Shown piece after piece: positions 38,062 to 47,485 of a stretch of 64,000 bases of DNA; the stretch's first letter is position 1; each line of letters starts with the position of its first letter. The DNA is taken from assembly GCA_965228475.1 (NCBI GenBank), contig OZ245817.1, forward strand, positions 1,824,001 to 1,888,000, read 5' to 3'. The notes below the pieces were generated by a model, which saw nothing but the letters and a program-made list of their open reading frames with translations, searched no databases and was not told the DNA's origin. The position numbers and the translations under genes were made by a program. The stretch comes from Myxococcota bacterium. Lineage in GTDB: Bacteria > Myxococcota_A > UBA9160 > JAFDDA01.

Positions 38062-38714
38062 TGTCGAAGCGAACCTTCAAGCTCCCCGACGCCGATTCCG
38101 AGCTGCGCGGCAGCCTGCTGGCCGGTGGCGCCTTCGCGCTCGGCCTCTTCATCCTGATGGCCCTGGCGCAGATGATGGGCGACGTCGGCAAGCCGGACGA
38201 GAGCCTCGTCGACGACCTCCAGGCCTTCCAGGTCCCGGAGATGGAGACCATCGAGGAGGAAGAGGAGCCGCCGCCCGAAGAGGAGGAGCCGCCGGAGCTC
38301 GAGGAGGAGCTCCCCGAGCTCTCCCTCGATCAGCTCGACATCACGCTGAACCCCGGCACCGGGGGCTCGCTCATGGGCGACTTCGGCATGCCCGACTTCA
38401 AGACGCTGAAGGAGATGAGCACCTCCTTCCTCGACTTCTCCCAGCTCGATCAGAACCCGCGGCCCATCGGCGTCTTCGGCTTCAACTTCCCGAGGCGCCT
38501 GCTCAAGGAGCCGGCCAACGGCCGGATCGTCCTGCTCATCAAGCTGAGCTCCGAGGGCAAGGTCCTCGACGTGGAACTCAGCTCCTCGAATCTCCCGCGC
38601 TTCAACGACTTCGTGATGAAGGAAGTGCGGGGTTGGAAGTTCACGCCGCCCACCCAGGACGGGAAGCCCGTGAACGCCGTCGCGCGGCTCCCCATCCCGA
38701 TCCGGGTCCGATAG
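38061..38714 (+). CDS. tonB: Energy transducer TonB
   Basis: N-terminal TM, Glu/Pro linker EEEEEPPPEEEEPP, C-domain FPRRLL..GRIV..WKFTPPTQDGKPV. Confidence 0.9.
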   Translation: MSKRTFKLPDADSELRGSLLAGGAFALGLFILMALAQMMGDVGKPDESLVDDLQAFQVPEMETIEEEEEPPPEEEEPPELEEELPELSLDQLDITLNPGTGGSLMGDFGMPDFKTLKEMSTSFLDFSQLDQNPRPIGVFGFNFPRRLLKEPANGRIVLLIKLSSEGKVLDVELSSSNLPRFNDFVMKEVRGWKFTPPTQDGKPVNAVARLPIPIRVR

Positions 38715-38744
38715 CGGGCCCGGCTCTCGAACCGCAGGAACACC

Positions 38745-40112
38745 ATGAAGCGTCTTCCCATCCTCACGTTCGTACTCGCTGCCGCCCTCGGCGTGGCACC
38801 CGTGGCCCTCGGGCAGGCGCGCCCGTGGCAGGGCGCCTCCGTCATCGACGACCCCGAATGGCAGGCGCGCTTTCTCGGGAGCTACGGATTCCTCTCCGGG
38901 GCGGAGCCGGACATCCTCGAGGACGAAGTCGAGCTCCTGCGCGAAGTGATCGAGCTGATGAAGACGGACCGCGCGGCGGCGGCGAAGCGGCTCGCCAAGG
39001 ACATCGGCCCCGACAGCAGCGCCGCGATCGATTTCGTTCTCGCGAACCTCTACTTCCAGAACGAGGCCCTCGACGACGCGGCCAAGTACTACCGCAGCGC
39101 CATCGAGAAGTTCCCGGACTACCGCCGCGCCCACAAGAACCTCGGCCTCCTGCTCGTGCAGCAGGGGGACTTCGCCGCGGCGCTCGCCCACATCTCGAGC
39201 GCCGTTGAACTCGGCGATCGGGACGGCCGCAACTACGGCCTCATGGGGTACGCCTACATCAACCAGGAGAACTACCTGGCGGCCGAGCAGGCCTACCGGA
39301 ACGCGATCCTCCAGGACCCGAAGACCAAGGATTGGCAGGTCGGGCTCGCCCGCTGCCTGCTCCAGATGGAGCGCTACAAGGAAGCCGTCTCCCTCTTCGA
39401 CAAGCTCCTGGCCGAGAACCCGAGCGACCCGACCTACTGGATGCTCCAGGCAAACGCCTATCTCGGGCTCGAACGGCCCCAGGCCGCGGCGGTGAACCTC
39501 GAGGCCGTGCGCATGATGGGGCGGGCGCAGACGAGCAGCCTCATCCTGCTCGGGGACATCTACATGACCCTCGGCGTTCCCGAGCTCGCCCGCAGCGCCT
39601 ACCTCGAGGTGATCGAGAAGGATGCGAAGGGGGCGCAGTTCAAGACGGCGTACCGGGCCTCGGACCTGTTGATCCGGACACGCTCCTTCGACGACGCAGC
39701 GACGATCCTCGCCTCCATCGACCGCCGCTACCAGGGCAAGCTCAGCGACGAGCAGGAGCTCGAGGTCCTGACGCTGAAGGCGAAGGTCGCTCGGGGGAAG
39801 GGCAACGAGAAGAAAGCCGCGCGAATCCTCGAGTCGATCGTGAAGCGGGACGGCACGCGCGGGGACGCGCTCCTCGAGCTCGCCACGTACTACCGCACGC
39901 AGGGGAACGTCGAGAAGGCCTTCTTCCTGCTCGAGCGCGCCGAGAACCTCGAGGACTTCGAGTACCAGGCGCTCCTGCACCACGCCCAGTTCAGCGTCGG
40001 CGAGAAGGACTACGCCAAGGCGGCCGAGGTGCTCCGCCGGGCGCTGCAGATCAAGACCGAGCCGCGCGTCGAGCGGTTCCTCGCCCGCGTCGAGAGCGCG
40101 GCCGGGCGCTGA
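38745..40112 (+). CDS. Periplasmic tetratricopeptide-repeat protein
   Basis: Signal peptide and multiple TPR-like helical repeats. Confidence 0.88.
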   Translation: MKRLPILTFVLAAALGVAPVALGQARPWQGASVIDDPEWQARFLGSYGFLSGAEPDILEDEVELLREVIELMKTDRAAAAKRLAKDIGPDSSAAIDFVLANLYFQNEALDDAAKYYRSAIEKFPDYRRAHKNLGLLLVQQGDFAAALAHISSAVELGDRDGRNYGLMGYAYINQENYLAAEQAYRNAILQDPKTKDWQVGLARCLLQMERYKEAVSLFDKLLAENPSDPTYWMLQANAYLGLERPQAAAVNLEAVRMMGRAQTSSLILLGDIYMTLGVPELARSAYLEVIEKDAKGAQFKTAYRASDLLIRTRSFDDAATILASIDRRYQGKLSDEQELEVLTLKAKVARGKGNEKKAARILESIVKRDGTRGDALLELATYYRTQGNVEKAFFLLERAENLEDFEYQALLHHAQFSVGEKDYAKAAEVLRRALQIKTEPRVERFLARVESAAGR

Positions 40113-40143
40113 GCGCAGACGCGACGACGAAGACGCGGATCGC

Positions 40144-43100
40144 ATGAAGCTGCTGCATCGGACATGGGCTCGAAGCGGAACGGAGCGCCGGCAACCCGGC
40201 TGGCGCCTCTTGGCGGCGCTGCTCGGCCTTCTCCTGATGGCGGGGCCGAGCGTCGCGCGGGCCGAGGAAGAGACCGGCCGGGAAGGCGTTCTCGGCGGGC
40301 AGGTCTTCGACGGAGACAGCGGGGATCCGGTCCCGGGCGTGACGGTCATCCTCACCTGGCCCGAGCCCGAGGACGGCAGCGAAGCCCGGCAGGCGATCGA
40401 GACGACCGATGCCGACGGTGCCTACCGCTTCGGCTCGGTCCCCGCCGGCTACTACAGCGTGACCTTCTCGAAGACCGGCTACCGCGCCGCCAAGATGACC
40501 CGCTTCGAGGTGCTCGCCGGGGAGGTGAACCGGGCCGACTTCCCGCTCCAGCCCGCGCCCGTCGACACCGCGGACTCCGTACTCGAGCTCGAGGCCTTCG
40601 TCGTGGAGGCGGAGGTCGTCGAGGACATCCTGAACGAGCTCGAGCTGCGCATGGACTCGGACCAGCTCCTCAACGTGATGAGCGCCGAGGACTTCTCGAA
40701 GTTCGCCGCGAGCGACGTCGCCGACGCACTCAAACGGGTCTCGGGCGTCAACGTCGTCGAGGGCCAGTTCGCGATCATCCGGGGTCTCGACGATCGCTAC
40801 AACTCGACCCTCTACAACGGCGCGCCCGTCCCGAGCCCGGACCCGGACCGGCAATCCGTCCAGCTCGACCTCTTCCCCTCGGACATCGTCAGCAACCTGA
40901 TCATCTCCAAGACCTTCGCCCCGGACCTGCCGAGCAACTCCTCGGGCGGCGCCATCAACATCCTCACCCACGACTACCCGGAGCGGTTCGAGTTCAAGCT
41001 CAGCGGCGGCACGGGCTGGAACGACAACGCCGTCCCGACCTTCCTCGACTTCGTGAAGGAGTCGGCCACCGGCGTCGACAAATCCGGCCTCAGCGACACG
41101 ATCGAGAGCGACTACGGCGGCCTCCTCGGCGGCCGCTACGAGATCTTCGGCCGGGAGGTTCGGCTGAAGCTCGTCGGGAATCGCGAGACGGACTACGAGA
41201 CGGAGGAGGGGATGTTCGAGGAGCGGGAGCCGGGCGACCCTCCGGACAATCCCGATCCCTTTGGAAACTGCGCCGTGATTCCGAGATTTGTCTTCGGCGT
41301 CGGATTCGTGTGCGACGTCCCGCTTGTCGTCTTCCCATCGGACCTGAACAATGGCCTCCTAGGCCTCACAGGTGGCCGGTTCGAGCAGCAGAAGAGTCGT
41401 CGCGAGGTTCAGCTGACCGCCTACGGCGGCGCGGGCTTCGATCTCGACCGAGAGGGTGCCCACCAGATCGACGGCTCCGTTTTCTACACGCGAAAGAAAG
41501 AGGGGTCAGTCGAGCTTCGGAGCAACGGGTTCCTTCCGGGGGTCGACCTTTCGGAGCTTGACCCGACCGACATCAACAACAGCGGGGATTTCGATGATTT
41601 TGTCGCACTCCCCAAGTCCTGGGTCGCGCGGTCCATCCGGCAGTCCGTCCTCGACACCGCAGCGGATGGTCCGGTCTTCTTCACGAGTTTCTCTGAGAGC
41701 CGGGCATTCGAGCGAGAACGTGATCTTCGCGTCTATCAGGCGAACGGCGACCACGACTTCGGGCGACTCCTGGAAGGGCTTCGCGCGAGCTGGGCGTGGA
41801 ACCGCTCTGAGACGAACCAGAACGAATCTGTCTACGGATTGCGATACTTTGCGGAACCTCCGAACGCTGCCGACGTCGGTGTGACCGACCCTCCGACCGA
41901 CCCGACGCTATATCCCCTCGAATTCGACGATGTGCTCGGTCCGGGCCCCCGCTGTCAAAGCGAAACGGGCATCGAATCCACGCAGAACTGTTTCGTCGCG
42001 AACAATGGAATCCTCTTCAGCGAGACCTCGATCTTCGAAGAGCAGGACTTCTTTCGGTTCGATGGAGAGTTCGAACGGGGGCTGTTCAGCTGGCTGACCT
42101 TCTCGTTGAAGGGCGGCGCTTGGTGGGAGGAAGCCGAGCGAGACGTGCAGGCGGGCTTCCTCGAGAACGTTTCCGTCGACGGCGAGAGTAACCAGTTTGC
42201 AATCATTGCCCCGACCGAGGAGGCGCTCGGCGGGGCACCCTTCGAAGACTGTGACGATGGGAACTGCCTAGATCGCGATGAGGACGATGTGTTCCAGTTC
42301 GTCCGGAGCAACACGAACCGCTCTGAACGCGACATCTTCGCTTGGCATCTGAACGGCAAGGCGTCCTTCTTTGACCGGCTCGATCTGCTGGCGGGGCTCC
42401 GTCGGGAGCGGATCGAGATCCGTTCCTTCAACAATCCCTTCGGGGATGGCAGTGGGGCGCCCACGTTCGGGATTCCGCGGATATTCCCGAGTCGATTCAC
42501 GCTATTCGATCGTCTCGACAATCCTGATCGCCCAAACGAGGCCGACCCCCTGAACCCCTTCAACGAGGTTGACCCAATGGATCCGCGGGTGACGGACCCG
42601 GATTTCGCGTTCAATGACCAACTTCTCGGCATCCAGGTTCCCATGGTCCCCTGTCCCACTGCCGATCGGCCCGATCGGATGTGCTCCGATCTCCGGCGCG
42701 GAGATCTCGAAGGTCTGCTCAACGGCGTGATCGATGAGGCATTCATCCTGCCTTCCTACGGTGTTGCCCTTCGGCCCCTCGAGGGTCTCACGTTCCGTGG
42801 CGCCTACTCGCGAACGGTCGCGAGACCCTCGTTTCGTGAGCTCGGATACTACGTAACGGTCGAGACTGGGACCGATGACCGAACGGTCGGGAACCCGCAG
42901 GTAAAGCTCTCGCCGGTCGAGAGCTGGGACCTTCGTGGCGAGTACGTCTGGGGAGACCTTGGGGATATCGTTGCAGTCAGCCTCTTCAAGAAGAACATCG
43001 ACGAACCGATCGAGCGGATCGTCGTTCGTGATCCCCTGGTCCTGACAGGCGATGCAGAGTTTCGAACGTTCTTCAACAATCCCAATACTGCGTCTCTGCG

Positions 43101-43740
43101 GGGCTATGAGATCGAGGCGCGGAAGAGCCTTGGGTTCCTATCGTTGAGTTTCCTGGATCGGTTCGACATCAAGCGACCCCGGTGGCTGAAGGGCTTCGAC
43201 TTCCTCCAGTACCTCTCGGTTGGCGGCAACTTCACGAAGATCGACGCCACCGTGAAACGGACGGATGGTGCGGTTCGTGGGGCGGCCGCCTATTTCGCAA
43301 ATGTGCCATCAGGGACCTTCGAGTTCGAAAACATCGAACCTGAGCGAAGGCTTTTCAACCAGCCGGAGTGGATCCTGAATGCGGATATCAGCTTCGACCA
43401 CCCCGATTGGGGCACGAAGCTTACTCTGGCGTACTTCGAGATCAGCGACATTCTCGATGCGGCTGGCACCGCGTCCTTGAACAACTCGGGCGAGCCGTTC
43501 TCCTTCACCTTGGATCAGTACAAGGACTCGTTCCATCAGCTGGACTTCATCGCGAGCCAGAAGGCGCGGATCGAGTTCCTGCGGGCCGATCTGACGGTGA
43601 AGCTCAGCATCAAGAACCTGACGGACAGCACGCGCCGTCTGATCTACGACCCCAACCAGCTCGTCGACCGGATCGCCGAGCGCGAGTACAAGAAGGGCCG
43701 CGACTACTCGCTCTCGTTCTCGTGGAAGTGGGAGTGGTAG
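40144..43740 (+). CDS. TonB-dependent receptor with N-terminal carboxypeptidase-regulatory-like domain and large loop insertions
   Basis: Signal; GQVFDGDSGDPVPG; plug DVADALKRVSGV..IRGL..RYN..LDLFP; YSRTVARPSFREL; GNPQV; terminal YSLSFSWKWEW. Confidence 0.93.
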   Translation: MKLLHRTWARSGTERRQPGWRLLAALLGLLLMAGPSVARAEEETGREGVLGGQVFDGDSGDPVPGVTVILTWPEPEDGSEARQAIETTDADGAYRFGSVPAGYYSVTFSKTGYRAAKMTRFEVLAGEVNRADFPLQPAPVDTADSVLELEAFVVEAEVVEDILNELELRMDSDQLLNVMSAEDFSKFAASDVADALKRVSGVNVVEGQFAIIRGLDDRYNSTLYNGAPVPSPDPDRQSVQLDLFPSDIVSNLIISKTFAPDLPSNSSGGAINILTHDYPERFEFKLSGGTGWNDNAVPTFLDFVKESATGVDKSGLSDTIESDYGGLLGGRYEIFGREVRLKLVGNRETDYETEEGMFEEREPGDPPDNPDPFGNCAVIPRFVFGVGFVCDVPLVVFPSDLNNGLLGLTGGRFEQQKSRREVQLTAYGGAGFDLDREGAHQIDGSVFYTRKKEGSVELRSNGFLPGVDLSELDPTDINNSGDFDDFVALPKSWVARSIRQSVLDTAADGPVFFTSFSESRAFERERDLRVYQANGDHDFGRLLEGLRASWAWNRSETNQNESVYGLRYFAEPPNAADVGVTDPPTDPTLYPLEFDDVLGPGPRCQSETGIESTQNCFVANNGILFSETSIFEEQDFFRFDGEFERGLFSWLTFSLKGGAWWEEAERDVQAGFLENVSVDGESNQFAIIAPTEEALGGAPFEDCDDGNCLDRDEDDVFQFVRSNTNRSERDIFAWHLNGKASFFDRLDLLAGLRRERIEIRSFNNPFGDGSGAPTFGIPRIFPSRFTLFDRLDNPDRPNEADPLNPFNEVDPMDPRVTDPDFAFNDQLLGIQVPMVPCPTADRPDRMCSDLRRGDLEGLLNGVIDEAFILPSYGVALRPLEGLTFRGAYSRTVARPSFRELGYYVTVETGTDDRTVGNPQVKLSPVESWDLRGEYVWGDLGDIVAVSLFKKNIDEPIERIVVRDPLVLTGDAEFRTFFNNPNTASLRGYEIEARKSLGFLSLSFLDRFDIKRPRWLKGFDFLQYLSVGGNFTKIDATVKRTDGAVRGAAAYFANVPSGTFEFENIEPERRLFNQPEWILNADISFDHPDWGTKLTLAYFEISDILDAAGTASLNNSGEPFSFTLDQYKDSFHQLDFIASQKARIEFLRADLTVKLSIKNLTDSTRRLIYDPNQLVDRIAEREYKKGRDYSLSFSWKWEW

Positions 43741-43753
43741 GGCGCGCGGCGTT

Positions 43754-45397
43754 CTAGTTGACCCGGATCGGGACGGGGAGCCGGGCCCGCGCCGCCACGC
43801 GCTCTCCTCCGCGCGTGGGCGGTGTGAAGCGCCAGCCCTCGACCGCGTCGACGATGTAGCGGTCGAAGTCCGGCAGGTCCGAGGCTTCGACCTCAGCGTG
43901 GACGACGTCGCCCTCGGGACTCAGGTCGATCAGCAGGACGACCCTGCCGTGGGCGCGCTTGCGCAGGAGGCGGCGCGGGAACTCGAACCCGCCAGGCTCG
44001 ATCGGCCGAGGCACGGCGTCGAGCTCGCTCCAATGGGCGGGTGTCGCGGGGTCGGGCTCGGAGGCTGCGAGCTCGACGGCCGTGGGTTCAGGGTCCGGCG
44101 CAGGGCGCGTTGCCTCGGCGACGGCCGAGGCGATGGCGTCGCGCCGCTCGGTAAGGCGGGTCTCGAAGGCATCCAGACGCGCGCCATCGCACGGGCCGAG
44201 GCCACAGAAGAGATCGTGGAAGACCGAGGCGGCGACCTTGGTGGCCGACGTGGAGCCGTCGACGACGAGGCTCACCACCGCAATCCGGGGCGCCTCGGCG
44301 GGAGCGACGCCGATGAACCAGCGGTAGCGGCCCGTGGGGTTCGTGCCGCTGAGCGTGCCCGTCTTTCCCGAGACGCGGACGCCTCCGAGGAGCGGTTCGC
44401 CCCGGGCATCGTGGAAGGCGCTTCGCGCCGTGCCGTGCTCGGTGACGTTGACGAGGACCTCTCGCAGCTCGGTGGCGACCTCGGCGGTCCAGACGGGCTG
44501 GGGGGCGGCGCGCTCCGGCGGCTGCATCGGCCGGCCTTCCGCATCCTTCACCCCGGCGATCCAGTAGGGCTCGACGAGTTCGCCCCGCGCGAGCAGCGAG
44601 GCGAGGCGGGCTGCGGACAGCGGGCTGAGGAAGGACCCCGCCAGGCCTGAGCCGAGGCGCCCGAGCGCGAGCGGTCCGTCCAGCGGCTCGAGCCGGCCTG
44701 CGCGGTGCATGGCGCCTGGGACTTCGAGCAGGCCGATCGCCCGGATGGCGCGGATGAGCGCCGTTTCACCGAGGTCCCGGACCGCGAGCCGCGCGAAGCA
44801 CTGGTTGTTCGAGGTGGCCATCGCCTGGGCGAAGGAGACGGAGCGGCCTCCTTCTGCCGGTGGTTCGAGCTGGCTCGTGTAGAGCTCGTAGGGGCTCCCG
44901 TCGTAGCGGCACGTTCGTGCCGTGGCGGTCGGAGCCTCCTGGAGCACGGCGGCTGCGGTCACGACCTTCATCAGGGATGCGGTGGGGTAGGTGCCCGTCG
45001 CGGGGAAGCGATCCGGGTCGGTCGAGACATAGGCGAGCAGGGCGCCGCTCCCCGGATCCATCACCACCACGTGGCCCAGGTCGACGCCGGACCGGATCAG
45101 CGTGTCGCGAATGCGCCGCTCGAGCGAAAGGTCGAGCGTGTACTCGACCTCGTAGTAGGCGTCCGTTTCCGCGCCGGGTGCCTCGGGCTCCCAGGGCAAT
45201 CGCTCGACCCAAGGCAGGCTCGCCCCGGTCCCGAGTGCCGCTTCCGGCTCGGGTGCGAGGCCGCGAACTCCAGGCGGGAGGAGCGTCGCCCAGGCGGGGC
45301 TCGTCGAAGTCGGTGTCTCGGCACGCGCGGCCGTACCGCTGCCCATGTGAAGAACGAGCAGCGCCAGCGACGCGGCGAGGGCCGGAGCGGGGCGCAT
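43754..45397 (-). CDS. Penicillin-binding transpeptidase domain fused to a TonB C-terminal domain
   Basis: Signal peptide; SxxK (SLMK), SxN (SNN), KTG; Pro/Ala linker; C-terminal FPRRLL..WRFTPPTRGG. Confidence 0.88.
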   Translation of the reverse strand: MRPAPALAASLALLVLHMGSGTAARAETPTSTSPAWATLLPPGVRGLAPEPEAALGTGASLPWVERLPWEPEAPGAETDAYYEVEYTLDLSLERRIRDTLIRSGVDLGHVVVMDPGSGALLAYVSTDPDRFPATGTYPTASLMKVVTAAAVLQEAPTATARTCRYDGSPYELYTSQLEPPAEGGRSVSFAQAMATSNNQCFARLAVRDLGETALIRAIRAIGLLEVPGAMHRAGRLEPLDGPLALGRLGSGLAGSFLSPLSAARLASLLARGELVEPYWIAGVKDAEGRPMQPPERAAPQPVWTAEVATELREVLVNVTEHGTARSAFHDARGEPLLGGVRVSGKTGTLSGTNPTGRYRWFIGVAPAEAPRIAVVSLVVDGSTSATKVAASVFHDLFCGLGPCDGARLDAFETRLTERRDAIASAVAEATRPAPDPEPTAVELAASEPDPATPAHWSELDAVPRPIEPGGFEFPRRLLRKRAHGRVVLLIDLSPEGDVVHAEVEASDLPDFDRYIVDAVEGWRFTPPTRGGERVAARARLPVPIRVN

Positions 45398-45714
45398 GGG
45401 CCAGAAGATATCGCCTGATTTCGCGGAGTTGGCGGGTCTCGCCCGTCCTTCGGGCAGGAATCCGCGACGGCGGCGTTGCGATTTCGTGAGGGTCGTGACG
45501 ATCCCGTGAGCCCCTGCAACACGGGGGCAGGTCCCGCCACTTCAACCTCGAAAAGTCGTCACCCAAGCGTGCCCGCCGGATGGCCGGAGATCGTGGGGGA
45601 TGGCGGCGGATCGGAAGACCCGTCCGAGGCGTGTTCTTAATCTGCGCACCGTTCGGGCCGGAAGAGTCCGGTCGGGACGCAACAGCAGGAACCCAACAGG
45701 GAGCTACCCCAATC

Positions 45715-47403
45715 ATGAAACTGAAATTGTTTGCAGCTCTGGTGCTCGCGGCCGCCGGATTCGCCGGCAACGCGCAGGCGCAGACGGTCGTTGCCGCGGA
45801 CGTCACGTCCGACACGACCTGGAGCGGCGTGATCGTGCTCGACACGGTCATCTTCGTTCGCGACGGCGCGACCCTGACCATCCTCCCCGGTACGATCGTT
45901 CGCGGTCAGCCCCGCTCGGGCCCCGTGGTCGTCGGTTCGACGGTGGGCTCGCCCGGCGCGCTCGTGGTGACCCAGACCGGCCGCATCGTCGCCGATGCGG
46001 ACGAAGCCAACCCGATCATCTTCACGACCGCGGCCGTCGACAACGACAACGACGGCGTGGCCGACGACGATGACGCCAACAACTTCGAGGACTCCTGGGT
46101 CGCCGGCGACACCTTCCTCGACGACACGCCGGCCACGGCGCCCCTCGCTCCGCTGAACACGGCGGGTGAGTCCAACGTCGCCCTCTGGGGTGGCGTGGTG
46201 CTGCTCGGCAACGCGCCGACGAACCTCGCCAACGAGTGCGGCACGGGCTACGGCACCTGCGTGATCGAGGGCCTGACGGTTCCGGGCTTCCCGGCGGCCT
46301 TCGCGACCTACGGTGGCGTGGACCCGAACGACAGCTCGGGCATCCTCGAGTACGTCTCGATCCGCCACGCGGGCGACGAGATCGGCAACGGCAACGAGCT
46401 CAACGGCCTCACCCTCGGTGGCGTCGGCCAGGGCACCAAGATCGCCTTCGTCGAGATCTACGCGAACTTCGACGACGGCTTCGAGTGGTTCGGCGGCACG
46501 GCCTCCGGCTCGAACCTGCACGTCCTGTTCGTGGGCGACGACTCGCTCGACGCCGACCAGGGCTACACGGGCGTCAACCAGTTCGTCTTCGTCGTCATGG
46601 GCTTCTTCGACGAGAACGACGACGACAGCTACGGCTCGCGCTCCGGTGACAAGGCCGGCGAGCTCGACGGCGACGACTGGCGCCCGGACGACCCGGCGCT
46701 GTTCGACAACGTGAACGTGCGCATCAATCAGCCGCTCACCGCGATCGACTCGACGCCCTGGCCGCTCTCGCAGTTCCAGTTCCACAACGTGACGGTCATC
46801 GGCTCGACGCCGGACGCCGGGCAGGAATTCACGCCCAGCTTCCCGGCTTCGACCAACGACGGCATCCAGTGGCGCAACGGTGGCGCGGGCTACGTGTTCC
46901 ACTCCATCGTCGTGAACACCGGCGCCGAGGGCGGGATCGAGATCGATTCCGACATCGGTGACGGTTCGCCGGGCTTCGACACCACGAACAACGTGGCGAA
47001 CGGCCTGGTGGCGCTGGTCTGCTCGACCCTCGACGACGGTGCTGCGCTCTCGGCGGACGAGTCGACGGCGGTGGCCAACGGCAACGCGCTCGCCGACACG
47101 CTCGGTGGCACGCCGCCGGCCTCGAACAACGTGGTCAACAGCCCGCTGTTCCCCGGCCTCGTGAACGAGGACCAGACCTTCGACCCGACCGGTGATGCGG
47201 CCGGCAAGCTCGTGAGCACGCTCAAGAGCTCGCCGATCAACCCGCGGCCGAACTTCGGCCTCACGGGAATCATCGGTTGCCCGACGATCGACAACAAGCT
47301 GGTGACCCCGGTGACGTACCGCGGCGCGTTCGATCGCACCGCCCCGCGCCTCTGGACCACCGGTTGGACGGTCCTGAGCCTCTCCGGCCTGATCGCAGAC
47401 TGA
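45715..47403 (+). CDS. Acidic secreted beta-rich protein of a family typically found beside TonB-dependent receptors
   Basis: AGGAG RBS; signal ending AQA-Q; ATLTILPGT, PIIFT, WGGVVLLGNA, DSSGILEYVSIRHAG, ELNGLTLGGVG, DDGFEWFGG, GDDSLDADQGY, YRGAF..WTTGWT. Confidence 0.8.
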   Translation: MKLKLFAALVLAAAGFAGNAQAQTVVAADVTSDTTWSGVIVLDTVIFVRDGATLTILPGTIVRGQPRSGPVVVGSTVGSPGALVVTQTGRIVADADEANPIIFTTAAVDNDNDGVADDDDANNFEDSWVAGDTFLDDTPATAPLAPLNTAGESNVALWGGVVLLGNAPTNLANECGTGYGTCVIEGLTVPGFPAAFATYGGVDPNDSSGILEYVSIRHAGDEIGNGNELNGLTLGGVGQGTKIAFVEIYANFDDGFEWFGGTASGSNLHVLFVGDDSLDADQGYTGVNQFVFVVMGFFDENDDDSYGSRSGDKAGELDGDDWRPDDPALFDNVNVRINQPLTAIDSTPWPLSQFQFHNVTVIGSTPDAGQEFTPSFPASTNDGIQWRNGGAGYVFHSIVVNTGAEGGIEIDSDIGDGSPGFDTTNNVANGLVALVCSTLDDGAALSADESTAVANGNALADTLGGTPPASNNVVNSPLFPGLVNEDQTFDPTGDAAGKLVSTLKSSPINPRPNFGLTGIIGCPTIDNKLVTPVTYRGAFDRTAPRLWTTGWTVLSLSGLIAD

Positions 47404-47416
47404 GAACGTCACTCCC

Positions 47417-47452
47417 TTCCGGCCCGCCTGCCTGGCGGTGGGCGGGCCGGAA
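47417..47452 (+). other. Intergenic 12-bp stem-loop (mRNA stabiliser or attenuator)
   Basis: TTCCGGCCCGCC...GGCGGGCCGGAA, no clear U-tract. Confidence 0.55.
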
Positions 47453-47485
47453 ACTTCTCCCTGAGGAAGGAAAAGGATTTCGATC

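Noticed and set aside
41240..43540. Low-GC segment as an inserted mobile element, intron or intein
   Set aside because: The frame is continuous and contains normal receptor barrel motifs; no transposase, terminal repeats or intein ends; kept as a mosaic-gene finding instead
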